Assembly (NCBI RefSeq): GCF_006345805.1
Contig: NW_021833040.1
Span: 24,425 to 88,424, forward strand
Direction of reading: 5' to 3'
Source: Octopus sinensis
Lineage: Eukaryota
Length of the DNA: 64,000 nt
Below are positions 12,325-24,365 of this stretch, piece after piece. The notes below the pieces were generated by a model that saw only the letters and a list, made by a program, of their open reading frames with translations, was not told the origin of the DNA and did no database searches. The translations under genes were made by a program, and so were the position numbers. Position 1 is the stretch's first letter. Every line of letters starts with the position of its first letter.

Positions 12325-12722
12325 TACTAGCAGTATCGCCCGTCGTTGCTCGGGTTTGTAAGGGAAATAACTATATAAGCATTTTTAGACTGTTATAGCC
12401 AAAAATAGCAAAAAAATGCATTAAAAATGGATAAAAATGATGGTAAATGTTTTTTTTAATCGTTGACTCATCGTAGACATTTTAGAGAGTTACTTCCCTT
12501 ATATAATAGCGAAAAAATGCATTAAAATGGTAAAAAATTATGGTGATTTTTAAAAAGAATCGTAGACTCATCGTAGACGCACGCTAATACCCAGAAGGGC
12601 TCGATATGAATCACGACTATAAGATATCCGGTTTTGGTTAAACTGCACCGCAAAATGTGGGAGTAGTTAGGAATCTAAATCGTAGGAGACAGACACACAA
12701 CTTGAGTTTTATATATAAAGAT
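12325..12722 (+). mobile_element. Helentron/Lep1-like non-autonomous element (HINE-like)
   Basis: 5' TACTAGCAGTATCGCCCGTCGTTGCTCGGG with a short hairpin, internal tandem duplication, 3' ...cagacacacaac...ttttatatataaagat. The head is shared with 44727. Confidence 0.65.
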
Positions 12723-13199
12723 GTGTTCAGCATTGAACAGAAAGATTTAAACAAAAGAAAACCAGACGCAAACACTATTGCCAGTGTCTTTATTGCTGTT
12801 TATATATTTGCAACAAATTTCCAATTCGTGATAACCTAAAATAAAATTCTTTATGCGTGAATTAATGTAAAGTGAAGAGGAGAAATGTTACTGTGAATGA
12901 GTGAAATAAATATATGCTTTGTCTGCTATAGCAAAGGCCAATTACGATAGATGTTACAATACTTAAGGGTGAATTATAAAATGGTGCTTGTAGGATACAC
13001 TAACATTTCAGGTGTAATGACATGTTTCTGTAAATATTTCCTTTCGATTTCAATAATACCTTCTATCATAATGGATTCTAACATTCGAATTATTTCCTAC
13101 TGCAAAATCAAAGAATATCATACAGCAACTTACCTGTTTGTTTTTGATTATGTAACGAATGCGTTTGTAAAGGGTATTCGGTGATTGCACGTAGAATGT

Positions 13200-13470
13200 T
13201 CTCCCTTCGAGGTAGAAGTCCGGGGAAATGTCTTTATGGAAGACCGGCAGTCGACCATGAATACCAGCCTTCCTCTCTCTACGGCATCGATGTTATCCAA
13301 GGATAAGAGAAAGGCAGATACATCGGGGTACCAGTGACGTCGCAACTCATTTACTACCGCTGAGGGAACTGCAGCAACGTGAAATAAAGTGACTCGCTCA
13401 AGAACACAGCACGCGGCCCGGTCCGAAAAACAAGCACACTATCTCAGGATTATGAGTCTGACACATGCAC
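13200..13470 (-). mobile_element. Degenerate SINE, family D-like head
   Basis: gcaacgtgaaataaagtgactcgctcaagaacac resembles 34578-34620. Confidence 0.55.
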
Positions 13471-13484
13471 CTTCATATAATAAT

Positions 13485-13695
13485 GATAATCCTTTCTACT
13501 AAAAGTACAAGGCCTGATATTTTGAAGGAGAGAATAGGTCGATTACAGCGATCCTAGCGTCCAGCTAGTAACTATTTTGTCTACCTCCAATAATGAATAA
13601 AAGTCAAAGTCAGCCTCGGTAGAGATTGAACTCAGAGCGTAAAGGTGGGCTATTTGCTAAGCATTTTGTCCGGCTTCCTAACGATTCTGCCAGTT
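13485..13695 (-). mobile_element. Degenerate SINE family A (tail type 2)
   Basis: aacgattctgccag, gaactcagagcgta and acaaggcctga motifs. Confidence 0.7.
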
Positions 13696-13769
13696 AATTT
13701 AATATGATTTCAGCAAAAATTCTCTTCTTCACTTCTCTAATACATACCCACCATATAACCCTCATATAT

Positions 13770-13987
13770 AGTATACAGGAGGCGATGGGTAATTTGTCGC
13801 ATGCGCATCGTTTTTTTTTTTAGTTTCAGTTTGTCTGCTACACAGTATAGTAATGTTAGTTGGTCACCGTTAGTGAGAAAAACAACACCATGACGCAATT
13901 CCCTCTACCAGAAATTTGGAAACTACCTGCCCATGCTCTTCTGATTGGCATTCACATTAGAAGAACCAATAAATTTCAGAATGTATG
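13770..13987 (+). mobile_element. Probable 5' end of a DD37D/maT Tc1-mariner element
   Basis: Starts TATACAGG and contains MTQFPLPEIWKLPAHALLIGI, which resembles a maT transposase N-terminus (from recollection). Abuts the mariner below. Confidence 0.4.
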
Positions 13988-15222
13988 TACGGAAGTATTA
14001 CACAAAAGTAACCAGAAACGTTCTCTGTGGAAAAGCCCGTTGTAGTACCCGCTTCTGCCGCTCGATGGCACTTGATGCAATAATCAGGCATTAGTCTGCT
14101 TCCCAGCGTCATCGAGTGGAGCGGTACAGTCACGTGGCATCGAGTGAAGTGGTACTGCCACGCGTCTTTGTTTTGCAGTGTTTCTCTTCTGTTCGCCGAT
14201 GTTTGCGATGGCTGGAACAAAGGAATAGCGCACGTCCGTGAAATTCTGTTTTCTGCTGGGGAAAACGGCGGCCAAAACAGTTTTTATGCTTCAAGCGTCT
14301 CACAGGCTCGCTGCCATCAGCAAAACATATGTTCACGAATAGTTTTCACGCTTTAGGAATTGTCACTTGTCACTTGAAAACCAACATTCTAAACGAATGA
14401 AAAACATCGTGAAAATTGATGGAGGATTGTCGACGAACAGTTGACGAACTTGTTGATTATAATTGGTTGATATATCTTGGAGCTTCTGCCGACTAAATAT
14501 GAGCGATGAATTGCGAATGAAAAAGAGTTACAGAAAAATGTGTGCCTCGCTGGCTCACGGGAGATCAAATGCAGTCAGTTGGGAGTTGATCCGAATCACT
14601 TTTCGAAGGTCATCACAGGTGACGAAAGCTGCTGTTACGCCTACGGCCCAGAAACGAAACAGCAATTAAATCAGTGGAAGTATTCAATGTTACCAGCCTC
14701 CCACGCCAAAAGCGCGTCAAATGAAGTCCAATATCAAGACGATGCTGATATGTTTCATCGATTCGAAAGCAATTGTCCACAGAGAATTTGTTCCTTCTGG
14801 TCAGAACCTCTAAGCAGACATTTCACCGGACAATTCTAAAGCGTTTGTGAGACGCGGTGCGACGAAATCTTTCCGACCTGTGGTAACGTCAATGCGCCCT
14901 GAATGAGAGACAGTTTTGCCAAAGACAGCAGGATCTTGCTAACTACCCTCCCTGCAATTTTTTTCTGTTCCGCCCAATGAATAAAAATCCTTAAGAGAAA
15001 ACCTTTTGCAGAGAAAGAGATCAAGAAAAAGCGACGGAGGCGTTAAAAGGCATCACTTTGCAAGATTTCCAGGACTCCTTCGAACAGTGGACAATGCGTC
15101 TGGACCGATACATTGCTTCAAATAGCGGATACTTTGAAGGCGAAAAAAAGTGTAAACATGTAAAACCGTGGGAATAAAATCGTATGGCAAAATTACGATT
15201 TCTTTTGGGTCCCCCTAACATA
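13988..15222 (+). mobile_element. Near full-length decayed mariner (DD34D) transposon; transposase pseudogene about 14208-15147
   Basis: MAGTKE*RTSVKFCFLLGKTAA; DPNHFSKVITGDESCCYAYGPETKQQ; PCNFFLF; RLDRYIASNSGYFEG. Degenerate TIRs at 13988 and about 15190-15222. Many stops and frameshifts. Confidence 0.92.
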
Positions 15223-15899
15223 GGTGCATACGTACAAGTGACCCAATATAGAACAGCAAGTTCATCCATTTAGGAAAATGAAAATTATCTCGTTCAAATC
15301 ACTAAAAGGAAAAGTAATCTAATTAAAAGTTAAATGTAATTAACCATTTCTGAGACCCAAGCAAAAGTTAATGTTCAGAGAGTTATACTTTTGATAAATT
15401 GTTCAAATATATCACATCATGGGATAACTGTAAAAAATATGTTCACCATAACCGAATGTAATTTTAGGTGTAATGAGTTCTTCATGCTTAACAGTGAATA
15501 TTTAAGCAAAGCAATTATATATGAAAGAAAGATAGCTTCCCAAGTGAGTAGCGTGAGCGCGTAAGGAAAATGCTAGTCTGCTTGATAAATTGACAGCTAA
15601 AAGCGAAAAGTTGTTTGCTCCAGCACAGTGTCTCCTTTAGGAATGAATATAATCGAAATATCAGAGCACTGTCCAGATAAGTATGGAAATTGAATACAGC
15701 TGTTTTGTTCATGTTGATAGGAACGGTTCAACCATGCAAAATATGACGGTCTGTTATAGAAAAGAGAAGTGCTAAGATCATAGTATACAACGTAGTAGTA
15801 TAGAGAAGCTTACTCATTAAGTAACGACGCGTAAATAGTATACAAATTACATCAGTAGATGAGGAAATATAGCAACTGGGAAAGGGAGACAAATCGTGA

Positions 15900-16560
15900 A
15901 TGACAGTACTAAATGTGCGGATATAGGCAAAAGTAGAGTCTTGTAAAAGTACAACCAGCCGCCATTTTTTAAATAACGATATTCATGTACAAATCAATTT
16001 CTTTGCCTTCTAAAGGCTGACTCTCAAACTGGCGAGCCTTTTCCCCGTTGTCAAACGGCAACCGTACGGTTGCATGTTTGACACCAAGGGATATATATTT
16101 TAAAGAGGACAAATATTCTTTAAGTTCATTTTTTATAACTTGTTTTCGGAAGACGGTGATGGAATTAAGAACTTTAGAATAAGTTCTAAGTACCACCGTC
16201 TTCTCCTCCATATCTTTTAACCACTGCTTAGGCGGATTAATTTCCCACTCTAAGACAGAGTTTTTCTTTTTAAGTTCCTTCTCTGCCATGTCAAAAACAT
16301 TTCAAAAGTAGTTAAAAGACAGTCTGCCAAAAAATTAAACCGAATAAAATATAAAACAAAATAAAAGAGGAAGGGGGAAACTGAAATTAAAGTAATGAAA
16401 AGAATGAACCAAAATTTAGAAAAAAAGAAAAAATAGAAGGGAAATAGCACAGACAGGGAATCCTTTGTACAATACTCCAAAAAAGGTAATCCAAATGGCT
16501 TATTCTTATTTTTCTGGCGAGATACGCCCACTAGAATTTACAAAACTAATTTTCAAGCAA
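15900..16560 (-). mobile_element. L1/Tx1-clade retrotransposon ORF1 fragment
   Basis: ORF 15969-16289 (MEEKTVVLRTYSK...KYISLGVKHATVRLPFDNGEKARQF...) is a genuinely complex protein sequence resembling mollusc L1/Tx1 ORF1. Assigned by recognition only. Confidence 0.5.
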
Positions 16561-16734
16561 AAATTCTCAATTCACCGTTACGGTGATGAGAACCCAGTAT
16601 TTTGCTCGCTATAGGGAGCCATAATTGACAATTTTCTTTTTGTTCTTTTTTTCTGTTCACGGAGCCGAAACTCACATCGTCTCACTGTAACAGTCCAGAC
16701 CAACTAGTGTTGCATTCTGGGTAACCGGAAGTAA

Positions 16735-16770
16735 GCAAACAACTTACCACACAGCCACTCCTACGCCTGT
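16735..16770 (-). mobile_element. Isolated SINE family B head
   Basis: aacttaccacacagccactcctacgcc matches 22372-22398. Confidence 0.7.
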
Positions 16771-17214
16771 AATTAATTATAATCACATTTAACAAATACG
16801 TGAGTTCATACTAGCAGCAAAATTAAAGAAGGATTTTAAGCGTTTTACAAACCTAAGCAGCTAGAAAGTTTTAATCGTTGTTGATAATAAGTTATAAAGA
16901 CAATCCATGGAGTGGATATTGCAAGATAATTCCTGATCTTGCCTATGACTTAGAAAATTATGTGCGGATGTGCACATTGTTAAATAGCAAGATAAATAGA
17001 TTAATTTAGAATCAATGCATCAGTAATAATTGCGTTGATTAACCTTGGACACTGTAACTAGCACCGTACAGGAAACAAAATATACGATTAGAAAAGTGGG
17101 AAAAATTATTCAGTATATTTGTAAAATTAGAGCAATTAAATGTCATTTAAATAATAGTACGTTATGTAAATATATATAAATTTATAAATACATTATATAT
17201 ATGTGATCTCTTAA

Positions 17215-17422
17215 GCACCACCAGCTCAAATATTTTCTCCTCTGTCTTCCCTCCTTGGGATCTTTCCTTCTCCTTGTTTCCGACGAAGAGCTCCGCTCGA
17301 AACGTTAAACCCTCCTTCCCTTCTTTCCTGAGCGTCAATAATACTTTAATTGTTCCACGTCCTGCGTTGCTGTGTTTTTTTTTTCTCTCTTTTTTTGTGT
17401 GTGTTTTCTTGTTTGGATTAAC

Positions 17423-17425
<3 letters not shown>
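17215..17425 (+). repeat. Short Penelope-type repeat with hammerhead-like motif (17276-17310); partial inverted copy at 53901-53972
   Basis: GTTT-CCGACGA-A-GAGC-tcc-GCTC-GAAA-CGTT-AAAC. The 3' part ctgagcgtc...gttccacgtcc...gtttggattaac recurs in reverse at 53901-53972. Confidence 0.7.
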
Positions 17426-17454
<29 letters not shown>

Positions 17455-17455
17455 A

Positions 17456-17805
17456 TTATATAATTAGGGTTCAGCCAAAAAGTTGCTTTACCCCACTGCG
17501 AACTATTAGAAATAGCAGCCAAATAATTTAGCTTTTTCTTCTACTTTAAGAAGAGTCTCCAAGATAATGTATACTGAAAAATATTACACGTATAACTAAC
17601 CCAGAAACGCGTTCGTTCACAAGTAATCAATCTTTCGAGTGAACATTCGTTATTTTCCTTCTATACCTACGTGTAATGTTTTTGAGTATACATTATGGGG
17701 GGGGGGAGACTTCTTAAAGTAGAAGAAATAGCCAAATTCTTTGGCTGCTATTTCTAATAGTTCGGTGTGTGGTGAAGCAATTTTTTGGCTGAACCCTAAT
17801 TATAT
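17456..17805. repeat. Fold-back element, arms about 137 bp
   Basis: 17456-17592 is an imperfect reverse complement of 17668-17805. Confidence 0.9.
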
Positions 17806-17938
17806 AAAATAATGTTTAAATTTACCGTAAATGGTCCTTTTACATACTGAACACTTCTTGGTAAAATTATTAATTACTAATTAATTAATTAATTAATTAA
17901 TTTACCCTTATTATTATTGACAATATATATATATATAT

Positions 17939-18224
17939 ATAAATTAAATTAGAGATAAAACCACTATTAGGCAAATCAAACAGTGAAAAACATAAAACAA
18001 AACATAGAAATAAAATTAATTAATAAAACGTACAAAATATATAAAAAATAAAATTCAAAATATAAATTATTTACATTTAAAGTTAAAAATTTAAAAAATT
18101 TTATTTTGAATTTTATTTTTTATATATTTTGTACGTTTTATTAATTAATTTTATTTCTATGTTTTGGTTTATGTTTTTCACTGTTTGATTTGCCTAATAG
18201 TGGTTTTATCTCTAATTTAATTTA
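17939..18224. repeat. Near-perfect palindrome, about 124-bp arms and 39-bp spacer
   Basis: The left arm aaattaaattagagataaaaccactattaggcaaatcaaacagtgaaaaac... is mirrored with one visible mismatch. Confidence 0.95.
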
Positions 18225-20069
18225 TATTTATATTTATACTGTAAAATTAGATTTAATCCTAAATCTAATTTTTCCCTGTATGTTTGGATTTACTCCCTAA
18301 AATTATTATTATATATATATATATATGTATGTATATATATATATATATATATATGTCTTCAACTATAAACGTGATAAAAAACCAGATGTTCAAGACGTGT
18401 TCAGAACTCGCGTTTATGACATTTAAACGTGTTCTCTATATTCTTTTGTAATTCAGATGTTAGAGACGTCAAACCGTTTAATACAACGAGACATTTTTGT
18501 AATTCATTCAGCCTATGATTGGTATTTTACTCCAAACGAAGCACATCTTGTTTGACAGTTTATCTCTTTGTATTAATATCTTACAGTAAAACTCAATGAC
18601 AAATGACAATTATTTGTACTGGGAGGACTTGATTATCTGTGGAAATTGTATTGACATCAGGAAAGTACGTATCAAGTTATAGCTGTCAAATATCTGAAAG
18701 CATTAATTACTGAAACGTCACTAATGAAGGTAATGTCTTCATCCGAATATGTAACGTTTCATATAAATCCACTTGATTCAAATAATGATTAAGGAAAGGA
18801 TGAATTAATGACATTGGCAGTATGTGGTAGGCCTGTGAGATGTTACTCTACCTAAAAATTAAATATAGGTGGTGCTTCAGCGTGGCCGCAGTCAATTGGC
18901 TGAGACAAGTAAAAGGATAAAGATACTCTGTATCAGACAGATATAACTAAATTATCAGAAAACAGAATCGAGTTGGTAAACGTTACAATGCATTTTTCTC
19001 TTTATGTCTCCAGCTGACATAAAAAAAAATCATTGTTTGTCTGATTCAGAAACGATGAGCTTATGCTAATCATGATTTAATGTGTCCGAAAGCAAACGAC
19101 AGTAGACGGAATAGGAGTGTTACTGATAAAACCGACCTGAGAATGAAATAAATCAAATAATAATACTGGAAGGATTTGTTATTAAAATGCAGAAACAGAC
19201 TATCAGTACAATAATTGTAAGAAAGTCTAATTTATGTAGTTGGGTTTAAAAGCTTTTGATAATTCGACAACAAAGGGTTTTCACCTCTATCTAAAATGAG
19301 ACATACTTTGAGGAAAAAGGGTCCACGATTTCCTCCTCTGCACAAGCTTTGCTGATAGATTTTTCCTGGAGGTACAGGACTTTCCCGTAGCTTTAGCAGT
19401 CGCACAAACACAGATGGGGTGAATATTCTTCATTTATTTTGCGAATAAATTCAAATCAAAGATTCCGCAAAAATTATAGGCAGGAATAAATTTAAAACGG
19501 TTAGAGTTCTACGGAGTAAATAAAGATTACTCTAGTGAGACTAAAGATTGCAAATAAGAAATATCAGCGGGATAGAATGAATGTATTAGGGTGACTAGGT
19601 AAATATATCAACAGTAATTTTCATGGAGCATAGACTACTAAGTCGATGAGATAAAAATGCAGGACAAGAAGAGTGATTGCTTGTGGGCTTTTGAGCGACC
19701 CTATGTCTGTGAAACATGTAGCATTTTACTGCATGATATTTAACAAGGTCTTCTGGCTAAATTTGATCTTTTTTATGCCTCATTTGTTGAAAAACCTTTT
19801 AATGTATTGGTAAACAGGTTATGTCGCCAAGGATCATAAAGATAAAGCTATATTTGAGAAAAAGATAGATAACAAGATTGGTTGTAAGCTGAATGTGGGG
19901 AAAAATAAACTGTATCATGATGATTCATGGTGGATATCATGTATGCTCTTCCTTACTATGTGGACACTGTTAAGTTTCTACCACGTGATATGGGCAGCTG
20001 CAACAGAGACTATAAAACGCTACGAGCAGGAAGGGACACAAAATGCCTTCTGACTGATTCGGCAGGCCG

Positions 20070-20612
20070 GAATTTATCCCCATAGTGCCAAAAGATCAAT
20101 GACGACGGCTATGTGAAGCTGCAAAAGGTCGAGGTCAAAGGCTGGCTGGAGAGAGCTGCTATCGGAAGGACATATGTGGATAAGGAGAGTTCGGCTCCTT
20201 GATATATCTTCGGAATGTATCAAAAGTGGTGGTCGGAGAATGTATACGACTTCACTAGGCTCAGTTCTTGGCAGCCTAATCACTCTAAATGTAACCTCAT
20301 GGATGTGGGGCGCAGTTGAGAAATATACCTATCGATCTGCATACAACACCAAATCCGAGCTTGTGGCTAAGATCAAGTGGGTGTTCGAAGATTTTCTCAG
20401 TGACAGAGGGAGGAATAATATAAACGCCAGCTTCCGGATCCGTCTTGAAGCCGTGCTGCAAGTTGAGCGCGATTATATTGAGTAAGCTGTTATCTCCTAG
20501 ACATAATGCACTTGATACACTTTTTACTTTCTAAAAAACACTTTATTTTAGATAAGGTAGTAGTTTTCTTTAACTTTTATGCAGACTGTCAAATTTATCC
20601 TGAACATCCACT
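20070..20612 (+). mobile_element. DD37D/maT (Tc1-mariner) transposase C-terminal fragment plus right end
   Basis: KINDDGYVKL..VKGWLERAAIGRTYV..SAP*..QKWWSENVYDF..SWQPNHSKCNLMD, then WGAVEKYT..NTKSELVAKIK..RIRLEAVLQVERDYIE*, then a TIR-like gtcaaatttatcctgaacatcc. Confidence 0.85.
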
Positions 20613-21133
20613 AGTTTATTTGTGTGTGCATGCGCATGTGCGATGTTCTAAGTGTATCAGTGTCACTTTCATTGTTGCTACTGTTATCTATTTCCACATT
20701 TATTTTATAATTTCTAAAGATTTATGTCACAGGCAACGGTTGCTGGATATAAACTTAAAATATAGAGATATGTTACTGTATTAGTCAATGTGTTTTCTGT
20801 GTGATGTTCTTTCCTTTTTCACAGCTTACAATTTTTGCAAAATATTGCTTTCCGTTTCCGCTAGTGTGAGTGCACCACTCCTCTGGACGTATACAGTTGA
20901 ATAACCAGGCCTCCGTACCTCACTGGTGCTTATATCAGAAGGAATGAGGAAATACCCATTCAAAACATAGAACTGAGTTTATAATGTACATGTTTGTAAT
21001 AAAATATCACTTTACCGTATGCCAAATAGTCTCTTTTTTTTTGTATGTATAGTAATATTAGTAAGAATAATTTTTAGCAACATCGATTTTGCTATATTTC
21101 TACATGTTAATACTAATATAACACACAGGATGA

Positions 21134-21307
21134 TTAATCGCAGACATTTTGATACGCAGCCGACTCTGTAGGTTGCAAATTATTAAATGTCATACTCAGA
21201 AATATATGCTGTATTCCTCGGGCTTTTTCATCCGTGGCAAATACCATTTTAACTTTACCGAAGTCACAACCTTTGTGCGAATCGGTATTTTCTCGCAGCA
21301 CTTTCTC
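21134..21307 (-). mobile_element. Possible second L1/Tx1 ORF1 relic
   Basis: The open frame GCDFGKVKMVFATDEKARGI resembles ATVRLPFDNGEKARQF of the 15969-16289 ORF. Confidence 0.3.
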
Positions 21308-22029
21308 TTAACATCTATGGTTTCTAACATTATATCGTGGAGAATTCAGTTTATTACATTCATCTTTTTATCATGAAAAGCAAAAAAAGAAATATATATA
21401 TATATACATATATATACATATAACAAAGTCCATTTTTCTAACGGAGTACATAAGCACGTTTTTATATCCTCCACAATGCTCGAGGTGATTGCAAATTACT
21501 TTTCTTTTATCCAATCATTTCCAATATTATTCTTAACATTTGTCTTAGGATGCTATGGCTATCGCAGTGACGAGAATAAAAAAGGCATGTGTCAAGGACA
21601 TGCGACTTGGACAAAAGACGCAAGAATAAGAATAAAATATTCGACGAAAAAGTGTTCAAATTAAACTGGTCTGCTGACACCAACGCAACCATTATTTCAC
21701 AATTGATGTTGTTGTTTCCGAAATAAAACCTGCGGGTACTTCATATGAGAAAATGTATTAACGTTTGTATTTCAGCATCATATGACTCACGGATCATCTT
21801 CACCTGCAAATATGAGCTCTCTTCCGGTTTTATTTTCGATGACAGGTGAAAAAGTTGTGATATCTGCTTGAGAGCATTGAACAATATACTAAACGAAAAG
21901 AAATGAGTTTTCTTTAAGGTTCTTTACTTTTACAATTACATTACAGTCAAAGTATGTAAAGAGCCGAAACCTTTAATTTATCCGATGGTTTACAATCAGG
22001 AATTTAAAGAAACGCATTAGATCCATACA

Positions 22030-22184
22030 CTTTAGTCGAGCAAATCGACCCCAGGACTTATTCATTGTAAGCCTAGTACTTATGCTATCGGGCTCCTTTT
22101 TACCGAACCGCTAAGTACGAGTACGTAAACACATCAGCATCGGTTGTCAAGCGATGTTGGGAGGACAAACAGAGACACGCAGAC

Positions 22185-22215
<31 letters not shown>

Positions 22216-22398
22216 TATATATATATACATATATACGACGGGCTTCTTTCAGTTTCCATCTACTAAATCCACTCAAAAGGCTTTGGTCGGCCCGAGGATA
22301 TAGTAGAAGGCAGTTGCAGAAGGTGCCACGCAGTGGGACTGAACCCGGAACAATGTGGCTCGTAAGCAAACTACTTACCACACAGCCACTCCTACGCC
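22030..22398 (-). mobile_element. SINE family B
   Basis: Homologous to 23119-23543. Confidence 0.9.
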
Positions 22399-23118
22399 TA
22401 TATTCATATTTGTTTTTAAACTATAAATCCTACCCTCTTATATGAAACGCGAAAGGAGATTCAAACACGTCATCTTATGTAACAAATGTATCCATATTTT
22501 AAGTGGTGAAGGTTGAATATATCGATTAAATACTTCGGTCGCTGAAATATCATTGATGTAGTGTTGTTGTTTGTAATTAGAAAAACGCAACAAGAAGCAT
22601 AGAGGAATTATAATTACATCCATGAAAAATAATGAAAATGTTAATACAAATTGATCGTATCTCTATGGAAAATAGCATAGAGAACAACTAAACAATAACA
22701 AATCAACTACTTACAAATAGATCATGCTCTGATTTGCTTCAGGATACAAATTAAGAAACAGATGTCTTTGACTCGAAGATTCAGATAGGAGTTCGTTTGG
22801 AAAGCATCAGTGAAGCACTGACTGCAAAAAAAAAAAAAAAAAAAAATAATAATAATAAAATTAAAGAAATAAAAGAAAAAACATTGAACTCTATATTAAA
22901 TATTGGTACGTAGTATCAACGGTACATCATTTTCTCCCACTCACATATTTATTTTTCACACACACACACATATATATGTGTATACACGTGCCTGCATTTA
23001 CATATATACACACAGACAAACTCAGAAGCAAATACAAAACCAAAGAAATACACACATAGAATGCTTCATACACCAAATCATAAAAGAGCAATAAAACTAC
23101 GTGATATATACATACATG

Positions 23119-23283
23119 GGCGCAGAGGTGGCTGTGTGGTAAGTAGCTTGCTTACCAACAACATGGTTCCGGGTTCAATCCCACTGCGTGGCACCTTGGG
23201 CAAGTGTTTTCTACTATAGCCTCGGGCCGAATAAAACATTGTGAGTGGATTTGGTAGACGGAAACTGAAAGAAGCCCGTCGTA

Positions 23284-23333
<50 letters not shown>

Positions 23334-23543
23334 CGTGTATGTTTGTGTGTCTGAGTTTGTCCCCCTAGCATTGCTTGACAACCGATGCTAGTGTGTTTAT
23401 GTCCCCGTCACTTAGCGGTTCGGCAAAGCGACCGATAGAATAAGTACTGGGCTTACAAAGAATAAGACCCGGGGTCGAGTTGCTCGACTAAAGGCGGTGC
23501 ACCAGCATGGCCGCAGTCAACTGACTGAAACAAGTAAAAGAGA
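23119..23543 (+). mobile_element. SINE family B, full length
   Basis: Head ggcgcagaggtggctgtgtggtaag...ggttcaatccc, core cttgggcaagtg...gaaagaagcccgtcg, internal (TA)n(TG)n, 3' module ending gaaacaagtaaaaga. Confidence 0.92.
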
Positions 23544-23779
23544 AATATATAAATATATACATACATACATATATATATATACATATGTATGTATATGTAT
23601 ATATATAAGTATGTATATATGTATATATATATATGTATGTACATGTATATATATATATATAAATGTATGTACATGTGTGTGTGTATATATATTATGACAG
23701 AGAAAGAGAGATAAAAAGGGAGACAGAAGGAAGACATAAAAGATTGGTAGCTGGGCGTAGAGAAAATAAATATATGAAG

Positions 23780-23945
23780 GGTCGCAGGCGTGGGTGTGTG
23801 GTAAGAAGATTGCTTCTCAACCACATGGTTCTGGGTTCAGTCTCAGTACATAGCCCGGTGGGCAAATGCCTTCTACAGTAGCCTTGGACCGCCCAAAGCC
23901 TTGTGAGTCGATTTGATAGACGGAAACTGAAAGAAGCCTGTCGTG
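23780..23945 (+). mobile_element. SINE family B 5' half
   Basis: Head and core only. Confidence 0.8.
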
Positions 23946-23950
23946 TTTAT

Positions 23951-24365
23951 TTACTCTTTTTACTTGTTTCAGTCATTTGAATGCGGCCATGCTGGAGCAC
24001 CGCCTTTAGTCGAGGAACTCGACCCCGGGACTTATTCTTTGTAAGCCCAGTACTTATTCTATCGGTCTCTTTTGCCGAACCGCTAAGTGACGGGGACGTA
24101 AACACACCAGCATCGGTTGTCAAGCAATGCTAGGGGAACAAACACAGACACACAAACATATTCACACGCACTTATATATATATATATATATATACATATA
24201 TACGACAGGCTTCTTTCAGTTTCCGTCTACCAAATCCACTCACAAGGCATTGGTCGGCCCGGGGCTATAGCAGAAGACACTTGCCCAAGATGTCACGCAG
24301 TGGGACCGAACCCGGAACAATGTGGTTGGTTAGCAAGCTACTTACCAAACAGCCACTCCTGCGCC
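23951..24365 (-). mobile_element. SINE family B, full length
   Basis: Reverse complement of 23119-23543. A further partial 3' module lies at about 24375-24495. Confidence 0.92.

Noticed and set aside
18596-18664. Possible exon MTNDNYLYWEDLIICGNCIDIRK with a GTACGT donor
   Set aside because: Too short and unsupported, with an in-frame stop right after the acceptor.
18711-18761. Small hairpin with CTAATGA...GAAT resembling a hammerhead or pre-miRNA
   Set aside because: Both core motifs are mutated and the stems are short; compatible with chance in AT-rich DNA.
21476-21730. Possible terminal exon GCYGYRSDENKKGMCQGHATWTKD followed by AATAAA
   Set aside because: No homology recognised, and acceptor and AATAAA signals are common by chance here.
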